A stretch of 51,706 nucleotides of DNA. Source: Parasitella parasitica NRRL 2501 (Eukaryota > Fungi > Mucoromycota). Positions 50,957 to 51,706 of this stretch are shown here, one piece after another (positions within the stretch are counted from its first letter, which is position 1; each line of letters opens with the position of its first letter). Position numbers and translations under genes: made by a program. The stretch is from the NCBI GenBank assembly GCA_025201805.1, contig MU619275.1, forward strand, positions 181,993 through 233,698. The letters run 5' to 3'. The notes under the pieces were generated by a model, which was not told the DNA's origin, did no database searches, and worked only from the letters and a program-made list of their open reading frames with translations.

Positions 50957-51706
50957 AGTCGAAACTGCATTGCCCGTCTATTCATTTTTGTCATTTCTCA
51001 TGATCATATTTATTTTTCCTTTTTTACCCCTTTAAAATCATAATGTTTATTCGTTTTAACATAGATAAGACTTTTCTACATATCGTAATTAAATATTCTT
51101 CTTTTTTATCTGTACGCGTATATACTTGCCAACTGTCCTAGAGGTTCCAGAGGCAGCTGATCAAAGTTTATGGACCTCAAATATTTATATATTTTTTTTG
51201 TTTGGTTTTCACATGAAAAAATTACTTGTTCCCAGGACTTCAGAAATTCAAATGTAACGTTCTTATCTGAATAGTGGTCTATAAACGGTAAATAATTTTG
51301 ATAAGGAGGGGGAGGGATTTTGGTACAACCATAACCCAATCAAAGAAGGAAAATCTTTCATTTCCAGCTGCTATTTCCTGCAATGTCTGTCTTTTCGTAA
51401 CTTTTGACAAGATTATGTCGCTCACATCAACACATACCAGCACAAACACAAGGCCCATCAAGCCTAGTCAGGACTATGTACGGCCGGTTAATTCAAAGTG
51501 GCAGTCGGACGGGGATGGTTATTTGTGGCTTTATAAGAATATATAATTATACAGATGAAAATTGCTTTTGCCCATAGCTTTGATGCACATGCCGCCCAGT
51601 GGAAATTAAGTATGATTTATCAGAATGAGAAATTATTCAAATAAAACGGTTGTGAATTAATCAGGTAAAGATCTCGTTTATTACATGGAAAAAATGATGG
51701 TTTATA

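Noticed and set aside
51106-51546. Short ORFs at the window end
   Set aside because: Possibly the 3' end or relic of a gene, but no recognisable domain.
1-51706. Fanzor/TnpB, intact transposase, reverse transcriptase, tRNA or rRNA genes
   Set aside because: No RuvC, DDE or RT motifs and no structured RNA signatures were recognised by eye.

Overview
AT-rich, intron-rich eukaryotic DNA with short introns (mostly 50-80 nt). Gene content and lineage-specific families point to a Mucorales fungus (Mucor/Parasitella-like; inference). The housekeeping backbone is AKR1, a SWT1-like PIN nuclease, a PH-domain protein, a homeobox TF, an APC permease, a multi-C2H2 zinc-finger protein, PNC1, YSC84/LSB3, an SCP2 protein, acyl-CoA oxidase, SEY1, an RmlD/MAT2B-like reductase, an LRWD1-like WD40 protein, sphingolipid C9-methyltransferase, a PMP47-like carrier and a CCP2-like peroxidase. 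Three accessory islands interrupt it, each with a different putative restriction-endonuclease-fold (PD-(D/E)XK) gene family. (1) 446-5040: inverted GATAC/GTATC repeat arrays around a convergent paralog pair, one intact Rpn-like nuclease and one copy with substituted catalytic residues. (2) About 24.3-26.0 kb: a decayed gene. (3) 29373-33175: a TA-flanked pogo/Tc1-like element with ~390-bp TIRs that carries a nuclease pseudogene and no transposase. Also notable are a non-canonical AT-AC intron next to a 22-nt micro-exon in the permease, and two pairs of neighbouring peroxisomal genes. All family assignments come from motif recognition by eye; no database search was run. N-gaps: 590-911, 1226-1315, 14370-14489.
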